Shown: one piece after another, positions 1-11,661 of the stretch
Numbering within the stretch: position 1 is the stretch's first letter
How the letters are laid out: the number at the start of each line of letters is the position of its first letter
Assembly: GCA_032718475.1 (NCBI GenBank)
Contig: JAUCBJ010004543.1
Location: 1 to 64,000, forward strand
Direction: 5' to 3'
Source of the DNA: Nemertoderma westbladi
Taxonomy: Eukaryota > Animalia > Xenacoelomorpha
Length of the DNA stretch: 64,000 nucleotides
The notes under the pieces: model-generated
Told to the model about the DNA's origin: nothing
The model's database searches: none
Seen by the model: only the letters and a program-made list of their open reading frames with translations
Made by a program: the position numbers and the translations under genes

Positions 1-904
1 GCTATGTCCCAACTGTTGTACCATGGCATCTCACTTGATAAGCAGGCCATCCACCACCCAACAGCGCCTTAGAAAGTGTTCCAATTCACTATTCAGTGCC
101 TTAGGACAATAATTTTTGAAATTTTTTTGCAGCCATTTGATTGGCTAATGGGTTTACCTTGCCTTCTATGGAGATTCAAATCTAGGCCTTTTACTTCCAA
201 CTTTGCTGCCTTTGTTGAGGCAGGGCGAATTGGTTGTAGGTAGATTGTTGACTACTATCCATTATACATTACGGGGTACCGTGCCCTAAACCCTGGAGTG
301 GTTTGTTATCTCGTTTGTGATTGGATAACACATCATAATATTATCCTGTAGGTGACTAAAGCTACTACGTTCCATCCATCCATTTGTTAGTAATTGTATA
401 TTCAGTCAGTCATTTGTGAATCAATTTACGGCACTGCTGCACTTATGTGTATGACGTATGCTGTTTTTTATTAGGCCTATAATTATCATATAAATTTATA
501 ATAATTATTTATTACCGGTATAGGCCTATATCAATTAATTATTATTATTATTATTACCGGTACGTAGTGCGTAGTGAATTAGAATTACGGTAGAATTTAT
601 TCTCATAATATATACTGTAATAGGCCTAGTGAAATTAAGTGTAGCCTATTACCGGCAGCCTACTTGTGCCATTTGGAATATACTGATATATACTATTTAT
701 TATATTATATAATACGATTATCTGATTATATTAATTATTAGGGCCTATATTGAGTGACTGTACTGTTACTCTGAATCACCATAATATTTCTAAATATTTT
801 ATGCACTTATATTCACTTGGTATACAGTATACCGGTATTTGTTATATTGTAATGGCATTTTCATTTTTTTATAAATATAGCTGTACTTTTTATAAAATAA
901 ACTG

Positions 905-1155
905 GACAAATGTTGAATTCTACGTCATTCAATGGCCCATCAGAGCTGTTAGAAATTTATTAGGAATTCGTAATAAGAAACTGATCGGATTCTAACATAT
1001 TTTGTCAGACAAACAAAAACATGACAGACAGACAGACAATATCAGAAGAACGGCTAATTGAATTAAGAAACTATTGTCAGATTCGAATTCCTCGACTTCG
1101 ATTACCCAAAAAAGTGAATCTGTTTCACTTCAAACACAATCCCAATATTTGACGA

Positions 1156-1187
<32 letters not shown>

Positions 1188-1590
1188 TATTGGCTGAACG
1201 GATAAATAATTTAATAATCTGAACCAATGTTTGAATTCTACGTCATTCAGTGCCACTTGGGAGCTGTTAGATGTTTCTTAAGAATTCGTAATAACAAACT
1301 GATTAGATAGTAATATTTTGACAGACAGACATAATAACATGACAGACAGACAGACAATATCAGAAGAACGGCTAATCGAATGAATAAGTTATTGTTAGAT
1401 TCGAATTCCACGGCATTGATTACCCAAAAGGAGATTCAGATTTCAGTTGAAACACAATTTTTCTATTTGACAGACAGACAGACAGACAGACAACAGACAC
1501 ATAAGGAAGGATAGGCTGTACAGAAAAACAGACTTCGGAAATGAAATCTACGGTAAAAACAACCTCATAATTGGGGAAACATAGATTATT
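905..1590. repeat. Diverged ~316-bp tandem duplication with (GACA)n tracts; probable non-autonomous interspersed element
   Basis: ttgaattctacgtcattca..gagctgttaga..gaattcgtaataa..cagacaatatcagaagaacggctaat occurs twice (about 912 and about 1230). Confidence 0.55.
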
Positions 1591-1784
1591 TTGAAAGGAA
1601 GCAAGCCTGTGACATTTGTTGAAGTTTAAGAAATATTTTTATAATTTCATAAAATATATTCAGGTTCTGGAGGTACAAGATATTTTCCAATTCAGTACTA
1701 AAAGGGTTAAGGTTGGTATGAATTAAGGTTGGATCCTTGTTTTTTTTTATGTTTTATAATTGAAGAATTTATTGTCCCATTTAG

Positions 1785-1911
1785 ATTGGAATTGCAGTTT
1801 CAAAAGCTTCTGCAACTCTGGCAACTACGATATTCAAGGCTGGAACGGGATCAAATCAGGTTGAGATTATTAGAGAAAGTCTCTGTCATCAAATCCTGGA
1901 GTGTTGACGAG
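1785..1911 (+). CDS. Plakin-domain exon (phase 2->0)
   Basis: tttag| acceptor; LELQFQKLLQLWQLRYSRLERDQIRLRLLEKVSVIKSWSVDE; gag|gtaagt donor. Confidence 0.85.
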
Positions 1912-2156
1912 GTAAGTAAATCCTGGAGTGTTGTCGAGGTAAGTAAATCCTGGAGTGTTGACGAGGTAAGTAAATCCTGGAGTGTTGTCTAGGTAAGTAA
2001 ATCCTGGAGTGTTGACGAGGTAAGTAAATCCTGGAGTGTTGTCGAGGTAAGTAAATCCTGGAGTTTTGTCTTAAGTAAATCCTGGAGTGTTGTCGAGGTA
2101 AGTAAATCCTGGAGTGTTGTCGAGGTAAATAAATCCTGAAGTTTTGTCTTAAGTAA
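1891..2156 (+). repeat. 27-bp minisatellite (about 10 units) spanning the exon/intron junction
   Basis: unit aaatcctggagtgttg(a/t)cgag|gtaagt. Confidence 0.95.
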
Positions 2157-2248
2157 AACATTAACCATTCGTTTAAAGGGAGTTGACGAAAGGTCTCGAA
2201 CTGAAGCTAAAACAAAACAAAATTATTTTAATAATTGTTGTTTTTCAG

Positions 2249-2432
2249 TTCAATCAAATTTCGGTCGATGAACGTAAAAAAATATTCGACCAACTCAACG
2301 AAGATACCAGGAAACTAATCAAAGATTCCTACGAACCCGGTAGGGCCGTTGAGTTTGATCTCCATCAACTTCAGACCGAGGTGAACAACTGCAATCAACT
2401 GTATGAAGAGTTGGAGAGAGTCAACAGTATCT
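2249..2432 (+). CDS. Plakin-domain exon (phase 0->1)
   Basis: tttttcag| acceptor; FNQISVDERKKIFDQLNEDTRKLIKDSY..LEERVNSI-like helix; ct|gtaagt donor. Confidence 0.85.
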
Positions 2433-2793
2433 GTAAGTCTCCTGGCTATGTAGGTAGAGAAGAGACACTTATATGAGACGGGGGGATTAACTCTAATTGG
2501 TTAATTAATATCTCGTATCAGCGAATTAACATTGTTAATTATAAATTAAGGGAATGGAACAGATTAGAGTTGCATGTCTTTTTAACCAAAACAATAAACG
2601 GGAGTCAATAAGACAGGTCAAAGGTTAATGATCTTCCTCTATAAGTTTAATTATATTTTAGTCGTCACGTGTTACGAGGGTCGGTCCTGTTTACAGTTAC
2701 GTTCTAAAGTGGACGTACATCCGTCATTAATACTTATACCCAAACCCTAATTATAAAAAAAAACTGAAAATAATATTATTGGTTTTATTTTAG

Positions 2794-2937
2794 CTGATGT
2801 GGACGCAAATGACGCGGCTAGATTGATTTCGGAACTCAATTCCTTGCGTCAGGAACTCAGCGAAGTCGATCAGAATCTGGCAGGTGATCTACGAATGTCT
2901 ATACCAGGGGATGTACAAACCTTCAGTCGACTTATTC
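2794..2937 (+). CDS. Plakin-domain exon (phase 1->1)
   Basis: ttttag| acceptor; SDVDANDAARLISELNSLRQELSEVDQNL..SRLI; c|gtaagt donor; this frame is not the one in the ORF track. Confidence 0.8.
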
Positions 2938-3086
2938 GTAAGTGTTTCACGTTATTTTATTCATTTTGTGCATAAATTAAGTGACGGCGTGAGTGGACAC
3001 TATATGAGGACATACACAAAGATACAAACAATTCATTATAGATGTCGATGTTCCTTGATAAATCCACTAATATTTTCTTATTGCAG

Positions 3087-3276
3087 ACAAACAACAATTG
3101 TTACTAGCCAATCTCACATCGACTAAACAGTGCCAATACGATTTACTTCGGGTTAAAGTTGACTTGGTAGTAAACCAGAGGGGCGAGGCTTCTTGTTCGA
3201 GTCTCATACAAACGTTCGCGGGGCTCACTGAGATGTGGAACAGGATATTAACTCTCAGTCAATTATATCTTAGAAA
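3087..3276 (+). CDS. Plakin-domain exon (phase 1->2)
   Basis: ttgcag| acceptor; HKQQLLLANL..TEMWNRILTLSQLYLRK; aa|gttcgt donor. Confidence 0.8.
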
Positions 3277-3403
3277 GTTCGTTTTTTTTCAAGTTATTCG
3301 TAGATAATATTCAAAAATATTAATGTTATCAAGAAGCAGACAGAGTACCACCCCTCTGAGATAACACTGCGAGGTCTCTGCTACTATTACGTTTATTTTT
3401 TAG

Positions 3404-3542
3404 GTTGGAACTAGCCAAAGTCGTTTTGGAATGTATGAATTCAGTTCAAGGGTTCGTCTCTTCATTGGAGGAAATACTTGTGTCCCAAGATGCCACGCCC
3501 AACGACCTTAATCTTCTGAATAGGTTTAAAGATAAGTTAGAG
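3404..3542 (+). CDS. Plakin-domain exon (phase 2->0)
   Basis: tttttag| acceptor; LELAKVVLECMNSVQGFVSSLEEIL..PNDLNLLNRFKDKLE; gag|gtgagt donor. Confidence 0.85.
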
Positions 3543-4128
3543 GTGAGTCTCTGGTTGTAATAAGTAGTAATCGTTTAAATTTACAGGTAAATCATTTACA
3601 ATTGAGAGGTAAAACATCACGCATCATATTATAACTAGGAATGAAAATCCACATTTAACTTTAAGTATTACTAACGACATGTATCATGTGTTCATCACTG
3701 TAACGGGTAACATCACAGACGTAACAACTGAACGTGTTAAAACTATATTTAACTTCTGCAAGTGCGTGGGTGAAATTTAAATATTAGATTTAAATTTCAA
3801 TATTTATATATTAAATATTATTTTTGATCAACTATCTTTCTTTATTAAGACCTATTGTAACTTTTTATCAACAAAATGTTTAATATGTAGTTTTTTCATC
3901 ATTATGCCGTTACACCTGTGCAAGTACTTTACATTGTTTCGATCCTCGTATCCTTATTACCACTCACTCACTACGATCTTCCGTGTAACCAGATCAGTAC
4001 GATGTAAAGTATACTTTACACACTAATGTAAATACTTATTTAGTCTGTAATCTGAGGATCAGCGCACTGCTAAATCCCGGACAGGGTGAATTTATTATAT
4101 ATTATACCTTATAACTTATACCGCGCAG

Positions 4129-4325
4129 GAACTGTCCATGTCTATTCCTCCATACCAAGCGAATGTCGATCAGCTGTTAGAGGATACCGGTAAACTGGAG
4201 GCCGTTGCCTCAGACGAGAAGGACCTCTGTTTGGTCTCCCCGGATGTCGCTATCGTGAAGATCGGAAAGGAAGTCGCCATGACTGTGTCCCGGTGGGAGT
4301 TAGCAGCGGAGCAGATCGAACAGAG
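4129..4325 (+). CDS. Plakin-domain exon (phase 0->2)
   Basis: gcag| acceptor; ELSMSIPPYQANVDQLLED..SRWELAAEQIEQR; ag|gtgagt donor. Confidence 0.85.
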
Positions 4326-7206
4326 GTGAGTCAATGTGTAAACGGAACCCCACCGAGTAGAGGTGAGTCTATGTGTAAACGGAACACCACCGAATAGAGG
4401 TGAGTCAATGTTTAAACGGAACCCCACCAAGCAGAGGTGAGTCAATGTGTAAACGGAACCCCACCGAGCAGAGGTGAGTCAATGTGTAAACGGAACCCCA
4501 CCGAGCAGAGGTGAGTCAATGTTTAAACGGAACCCCACCGAGCAGAGGTGAGTCAATGTGTAAACGGAACCCCACCGAGCAGAGGTGAGTCAATGTTTAA
4601 ACGGAACCCCACCGAGCAGAGGTGAGTCAATGTTTAAACGGAACCCCACCGAGCAGAGGTGAGTCAATGTGTAAACGGAACCCCACCGAGCAGAGGTGAG
4701 TCAATGTGTAAACGGAACCCCACCGAGCAGAGGTGAGTCAATGTGTAAACGGAACCCCACCGAGCAGAGGTGAGTCAATGTTTAAACGGAACCCCACCGA
4801 GCAGAGGTGAGTCAATGTGTAAACGGAACCCCACCGAGCAGAGGTGAGTCAATGTGTAAACGGAACCCCACCGAGCAGAGGTGAGTCAATGTTTAAACGG
4901 AACCCCACCGAGCAGAGGTGAGTCAATGTGTAAACGGAACCCCACCGAGCAGAGGTGAGTCAATGTTTAAACGGAACCCCACCGAGCAGAGGTGAGTCAA
5001 TGTGTAAACGGAACCCCACCGAGCAGAGGTGAGTCAATGTTTAAACGGAACCCCACCGAGCAGAGGTGAGTCAATGTGTAAACGGAACCCCACCGAGCAG
5101 AGGTGAGTCAATGTTTAAACGGAACCCCACCGAGCATAGGTGAGTCAATGTGTAAACGGAACCCCACCGAGCAGAGGTGAGTCAATGTGTAAACGGAACC
5201 CCACCGAGCAGAGGTGAGTCAATGTTTAAACGGAACCCCACCAAGCAGAGGTGAGTCAATGTGTAAACGGAACCCCACCGAGCAGAGGTGAGTCAATGTG
5301 TAAACGGAACCCCACCGAGCAGAGGTGAGTCAATGTTTAAACGGAACCCCACCGAGCAGAGGTGAGTCAATGTGTAAACGGAACCCCACCGAGCAGAGGT
5401 GAGTCAATGTTTAAACGGAACCCCACCGAGCATAGGTGAGTCAATGTGTAAACGGAACCCCACGGAGCAGAGGAGAGTCAATGTGTAAACGGAACCCCAC
5501 CGAGCAGAGGTGAGTCAATGTGTAAACGGAACCCCACCGAGCAGAGGTGAGTCAATGTGTAAACGGAACCCCACCGAGCAGAGGTGAGTCAATGTTTAAA
5601 CGGAACCCCACCGAGCGTAGGTGAGTCAATGTGTAAACGGAACCCCACGGAGCAGAGGAGAGTCAATGTGTAAACGGAACCCCACCGAGCAGAGGTGAGT
5701 CAATGTTTAAACGGAACCCCACCGAGCAGAGGTGAGTCAATGTGTAAACGGAACCCCACCGAGCAGAGGTGAGTCAATGTGTAAACGGAACCCCACCGAG
5801 CAGAGGTGAGTCAATGTGTAAACGGAACCCCACCGAGCAGAGGTGAGTCAATGTTTAAACGGAACCCCACCGAGCAGAGGTGAGTCAATGTGTAAACGGA
5901 ACCCCACCGAGCAGAGGTGAGTCAATGTGTAAACGGAACCCCACCGAGCAGAGGTGAGTCAATGTTTAAACGGAACCCCACCGAGCAGAGGTGAGTCAAT
6001 GTGTAAACGGAACCCCACCGAGCAGAGGTGAGTCAATGTGTAAACGGAACCCCACCGAGCAGAGGTGAGTCAATGTGTAAACGGAGCCCCACCGAGCATA
6101 GGTGAGTCAATGTGTAAACGGAACCCCACCAAGCAGAGGTGACTCAATGTGTAAACGGAACCCCATCGAGCAGAGGTGAGTCAATGTGTAAACGGAACCC
6201 CATCGAGCAGAGGTGAGTCAATGTGTAAACGGAACCCCACGGAGCAGAGGAGAGTCAATGTGTAAACGGAACCCCACGGAGCAGAGGTGAGTCAATGTGT
6301 AAACGGAACCCCACGGAGCAGAGGAGAGTCAATGTGTAAACGGAACCCCACCGAGCAGAGTTGAGTCTATGTGTAAACGGAACCCCACCGAACAGAGGTG
6401 AGTCAATGTGTAAACGGAACCCCACCGAGCAGAGGTGAGTCAATGTGTAAACGGAACCCCACCTAGCAGAGGTGAGTCAATGTGTAAACGGAACCCCATC
6501 GAGCAGAGGTGAGTCAATGTGTAAACGGAACCCCACCTAGCAGAGGTGAGTCAATGTGTAAACGGAACCCCACCTAGCAGAGGTGAGTCAATGTGTAAAC
6601 GGAACCCCACCGAGCAGAGGTGAGTCAATGTGTAAACGGAACCCCACCTAGCAGAGGTGAGTCAATGTGTAAACGGAACCCCATCGAGCAGAGGTGAGTC
6701 AATGTGTAAACGGAACCCCACCTAGCAGAGGTGAGTCAATGTGTAAACGGAACCCCACCGATCAGAGGTGAGTCAATGTGTAAACGGAACCCCACCGAAC
6801 AGAGGTGAGTCAATGTTTAAACGGAACCCCACCGAGCAGAGGAGAGAGTCAATGTGTAAACGGAACCCCACCGATCAGAAGTGAGTCAATGTGTAAACGG
6901 AACCCCACCTAGCAGAGGTGAGTCAATGTGTAAACGGAACCCCACCGAGCAGAGGTGAGTCAATGTGTAAACGGAACCCCACGGAGCAGAGGAGAGAGTC
7001 AATGTGTAAACGGAACCCCACCGATCAGAGGTGAGTCAATGTGTAAACGGAACCCCACCTAGCAGAGGTGAGTCAATGTGTAAACGGAACCCCACCGATC
7101 AGAGGTGAGTCAATGTGTAAACGGAACCCCACCGAACAGAGGTGAGTCAATGTTTAAACGGAACCCCACCGAGCAGAGGTGAGTCAATGTGTAAACGGAA
7201 CCCCAC
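4318..7206 (+). repeat. 37-bp minisatellite (about 78 units) starting at the 5' splice site
   Basis: unit gtgagtcaatgt(g/t)taaacggaaccccaccgagcagag. Confidence 0.95.
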
Positions 7207-7990
7207 TGTACGAAGGTTAGTGGATCTTGGGTACCACGGTTTGTATCGCATTCTGGATGTTGATGTTTAGACTCTAAACTGTTTCTCATTTGGCTATAAA
7301 GGTATACTGGGTGTCACACCAGGTGGCCCTTCACTCCCTAGCAATCTCCAACTCATTAGTAGTGTTGCCACTATGCGAACCATGTGCTGTATTGCTCTTA
7401 TAAATTATTCCAATAACCGCATGTTATTCAGACTGGCGGTAATTCAAAACAATGTAATCAGTACAATTATTAATATGTTATTAGTCTAAAAGTAATAATG
7501 GTTGTTCATATTTATTGAAGTTTTCTAAGATTCATTTGCAGTTTTACTTTCAATTAAGGACATTTTACTTCAGCAGTCTATATCACAAATCATTCGCTCA
7601 TCACGATTTTCCAACATGAAAACCACTTCAGTTATTTCCTCATCAGTAACCTATCAGTATTATATGAATTATTGATTGATTGATTGATTGATATTAATTT
7701 ATTGACAACTGAAATGTTTAAAAAAATCCAAAACAAAATATATCAATGGATGCAAAGATATTCTATACGGATTTCCCATTCAACAGTAGAATTGAATTAT
7801 TTGAAATAACGATGTTAATACTTGACGTGATATTATATAAAATTGTAATTAATATAATTGTAATTAGGCCTATTTAGTTGAATTGTAATCTTTCTTTGGG
7901 GATGTAGTTCTAGCAGATTGCATATGAGTTGGGGGGTTTGTTAACTAGTCACAGACAATCAACCGTCGTATTATTGGTTAACTATTGGCA

Positions 7991-8685
7991 ATGACGGCCA
8001 CTTCTCCCGGCAATGCTATTCCCATGACTACCTCCAATCATTGCTACGAACCGCGCAACACGACAGCCTATAGCCGACTCATCACCTACCGTTGCCAGGG
8101 CGTCGGCACGTTCGCCGTATTGGTTGGTATGGAGTCGCCTATGGATGGTGAGCGAGCAACTCTGAGCGGCCGTCCTATTGGTTGTGTGTTGAACAACGGC
8201 CCCACATTCCACCAATCACAAACTCGCGATGTTCTCCTCAGCTCTTCCCCGGCTATGGTAACCTCGCAGCTATACCTGCTGGAGGCTATTTGTTCCGCCG
8301 TTGTTTGGAATATAGTCAGACAACCCTTTGATGACGTCATTGTATGTAAGGTGTTACCTAGAGCCGGACCATTGAGGATTCACAACGGGGTTGAGTTGAC
8401 CCCAGTTATCGTGAAACCCGACCTGCTTCCTTTCAGTCTCCTTCACCAATACAACTCGCCAACCAGGTGGTTCCGTTCAGCCGCCTACCCAATCAGATTG
8501 GTGGATTTACCGTGCGTTGCCAGTAGCAACATCTGCGTGAGTTCAACCATTGGTAGTGAAATTGAGGCCGCTGATAAGCCATTTCCTATTAATCAGAAGG
8601 TCACTGATCAGATAGTTTCCGACATTCGTGTGGTGATCGTAACCGAGGCTAATCCGTCTTCCTTAGTTACTTCCGTGTCGGAAAA
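7991..8685 (+). CDS. Candidate alternative first (or cassette) exon of the same gene
   Basis: A 232-codon GC-elevated open frame sits in an AT-rich intron. There is an in-frame stop at 7979-7981 and an ATG at 7991. It ends at aa|gtaaga in phase 2, matching the phase-2 acceptor at 9331. Confidence 0.5.
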
Positions 8686-9330
8686 GTAAGAATTGCTAAT
8701 TTTATATTTTTGAAATGATCATAATATTAAACACCCCTACACATATTACACCTCCACCGTTTTTTACCCTAAAATATTGACTTTTACAATATTTCTATAT
8801 GTTATTCAATTCCAATTTAATTAAGTATCATGATACATCACAATGGTTCTAGTTTATAGACTTGGTCATGGTTGGGAAAATATGTCACATAACAGCTGGA
8901 CATTTAATAGCGACGTAGGCTACACAGCTCTAGACGATTAACTTGATAATCTCACTGAACCTGAACCTGAAACATCAAATTAAATTAACAAACTAATCTT
9001 AACTACACAAACAAACTAAACAAACAAATCCTCTTATAATTAATGAATTGAGTTACTAGCTAACACCAACTAGCATATTCGGCTGATACACGCAATTTCG
9101 ATGAAATTTTAAAGAAATTCCACCAAAGATGTTTCATAATATGCTTATTTTTCATCTTCAATAGTTTAGTAAATGTTATAAATAATCTAATTTGGAGATA
9201 AAAATACTTTAATACTCACATAAAGTGAGTAAACATAAAGTGTCCTAATCCTCGTATCTTTATTTCCTCTCACTCACTAAGCTACGTTTTTCGTTTTGTA
9301 AAATGAACTATATTTCTCCCACCTCCTCAG

Positions 9331-9716
9331 GTATTCAAATATGTCCGCGGTATCAGATAGTCTTTCCAAGTATCTGACTGCGTGGGCGGACGAGGTCGAC
9401 TGGGTGGTTGACGCCGAATCGCGTCGTCCAGACGACACGGACTCCGGAACCGAGGATCAACCCGACTCCGGTACCTCCCCGACCGCTCTCGTCGATACCG
9501 CTAACCGACTCGCCAAGCAGTGGGACACCACCAACGATTACTACACGACGCTGACCAACCATCAACCCGCCATCGAGGCTCTCAACCAGACGGCCGATGG
9601 TTTCGTCCGCAGGGCTCAGACGATGGACGCATCGAGCGCGGAGTACCGGAGGAGACTAGAGGAAGTCGCCTATCTACGCTCCGTCGATACCGCAAAGAAA
9701 CCTAAGATTATTAAAG
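9331..9716 (+). CDS. Plakin-domain exon (phase 2->1)
   Basis: ctcctcag| acceptor; YSNMSAVSDSLSKYLTAWADEVDWVVDAE..AKKPKIIK; ag|gtgttt donor. Confidence 0.85.
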
Positions 9717-9960
9717 GTGTTTTAATATATTTTGCTATTATAAACATTAAAAATTGGATTCAGTTGTGAATCACTTTTTTACTGACTTATGAACTCTTTC
9801 TTGCATTACTTTTGTGCGAAACTTTGAGCATTGACTTATGGAATGACTTGTGCGCATTGACTATGACTATGTTCCGTTAACTTTTGCATTGGCTTTGATG
9901 TTTGTTTTGACTTGTCATTGACTTGTTTTGATTGTTAATTGTAGTTGTAATGATATCTTG

Positions 9961-10891
9961 TTTAAATTTCATTTTAATTATAAATACACAACAAATATTA
10001 CAGGCAGTAAATACAAATACGACGTTTCGGGTCCAGCAGGCACCATTATCAATGGTGCTATTAATAAATTCTTATCGCGCGTTCATGAACCACCCCCTGT
10101 TGTAACTACTGTACCTAAACGCCCCGTTACTTTTGTTTTACCCTATACCGGCAACCATACGCTAATATCATTAAGGCTAGACTACAACGTTTGTTTGAAT
10201 CTGTTTTCAGTCATATTTCTATTCGTGTTGGGTTTCGACCTACACGTAGTCTCAGCATTGTTTACCTATAAAGACAGACTACCTCTGCATATGCGCTCCA
10301 GTATTATTTACCATTTTACCTGTAGTAGCTGCTGTAACGCTACTTACGTCGGGAAAACCCGTCGTCACTTTGGAGTGCGTACGACTGAACATCGTGGTGT
10401 CTCTTACGCCGCAGGTAGACCCATAAGGTAGTAGATTCCTCTGTCCTTTCTCACAGTTTGGAATCTGACCATCCAATATCATCGTCTGACTTTAGAATTA
10501 TTACCTCTGCTAACCGCTGGCTAGATCTCTCCATAAAAGAAACTCTTCTCATTAAAGAATATCGACCACTGATCAACATCCAAAAATCATCATCCCTTGA
10601 GTTACGGCTACTGTAGTTATCTTATCCGGTAATCCAATCCTTGTTCACTTAGAACACCTGAATCCCTGATTGATGGTGTGTTTTTGCTTGATAGTATGTA
10701 CTGTACATAACTACTGCGGTAGGCCTCTTTCATTATTTATAATTTAGGTTAATTTTTTTCCCCGTTGTATTTAGTCAGTCTGTATATTGCCTTACTTACT
10801 TGATAATGGTGCCTGCTGGACCCGAAACGTCGTATTTGTATTTACTGCCTGTAACAATTGTTGTGTATATATAATTAAAATGAAATTTAAA
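9961..10891 (+). mobile_element. Penelope-like retroelement fragment (frameshifted GIY-YIG endonuclease) with ~92-bp inverted terminal repeats
   Basis: LPYTG..KDRLP..SSIIYHFTCSSC..YVGKTRRHFGVRTTEH is the GIY-YIG signature typical of Penelope-like elements. Bases 9961-10052 are a near reverse complement of 10800-10891. Confidence 0.85.
10796..10835 (+). ncRNA. Minimal hammerhead-ribozyme-like motif in the Penelope terminal repeat
   Basis: tac-TTGATAA-tggt..accc-GAAAC-GTC-gta: a U3-A8 variant of the CUGANGA core, then GAAA and a GUC cleavage triplet. Confidence 0.55.
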
Positions 10892-11199
10892 TGCGTTGTA
10901 ATTGCTATTGTTTTCTTAATTTCACTGCTAAGATTCCCCACCAATGAACCACTAACTGATATCTTGTTTATTCAATAATTATGTATTTCCTTTTGCTTAT
11001 GTTACTTTTGCATGGTTATAGACTTGTGCAATGGCTTTTGCATTGATTTTTCTTATTGACTTTTCCCATTGAGTTGTGCAGATGCATTAACTTCCACTTT
11101 GACACCATTTCTCAAATTATCTAAATTATTTATTATTACTGCCTTTTTTTGCAGGGAATATTGATAAATAGTACTAATTAATTATCCTATTTATTTTAG

Positions 11200-11315
11200 G
11201 CTGGGAGAATGTTACCACGGAGGCTGAACAGCTGAACAAACGTTACAACAACTTATTACAGGAAACCAGTGATTTACTCCAGGACATTACCTTTAAACTC
11301 CAAATGTCTCATCAG
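11200..11315 (+). CDS. Last plakin-domain exon (phase 1->0)
   Basis: ttttag| acceptor; GWENVTTEAEQLNKRYNNLLQETSDLLQDITFKLQMSHQ; cag|gtattt donor. Confidence 0.85.
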
Positions 11316-11592
11316 GTATTTCTATTTGTGGTGTGAAATATTACGTCGATTTTAAATGGAAGTTGGTGTGTCTCTGTGTCTGTTTTACAATATTTAAATG
11401 TGCATACTACCAGAATTAACCAGCATACTAACCAAAGTATTAAATAAAGCGATATTGAGCACACACAAATAAATTGGCAAGCATTATTTAAATTTAATAA
11501 AACAAGCGCGAAATCGCGAAAGGTCCGGGTCTACTAACGCATGAACTGTCTCCTTGAATGGCTGTACTACCAATCTTACAATAAAAAACATT

Positions 11593-11661
11593 CACCGGAA
11601 TGGGGGATTGAACACGGTACCTAGAGATTCCAAGTCCCACGCTCTACCAACTGAGCTAGGC
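11593..11661 (-). pseudogene. tRNA-derived sequence (tRNA pseudogene or SINE head)
   Basis: The reverse complement reads gcctagctcagttggtagagcgtgggacttggaatctctaggtaccgtgttcaatccc: A box and B box present, stems imperfect. Confidence 0.5.

Noticed and set aside
4318-7206. 37-bp array as CRISPR
   Set aside because: The repeat length is CRISPR-like, but there are no spacers, no cas genes, and the context is a eukaryotic intron.
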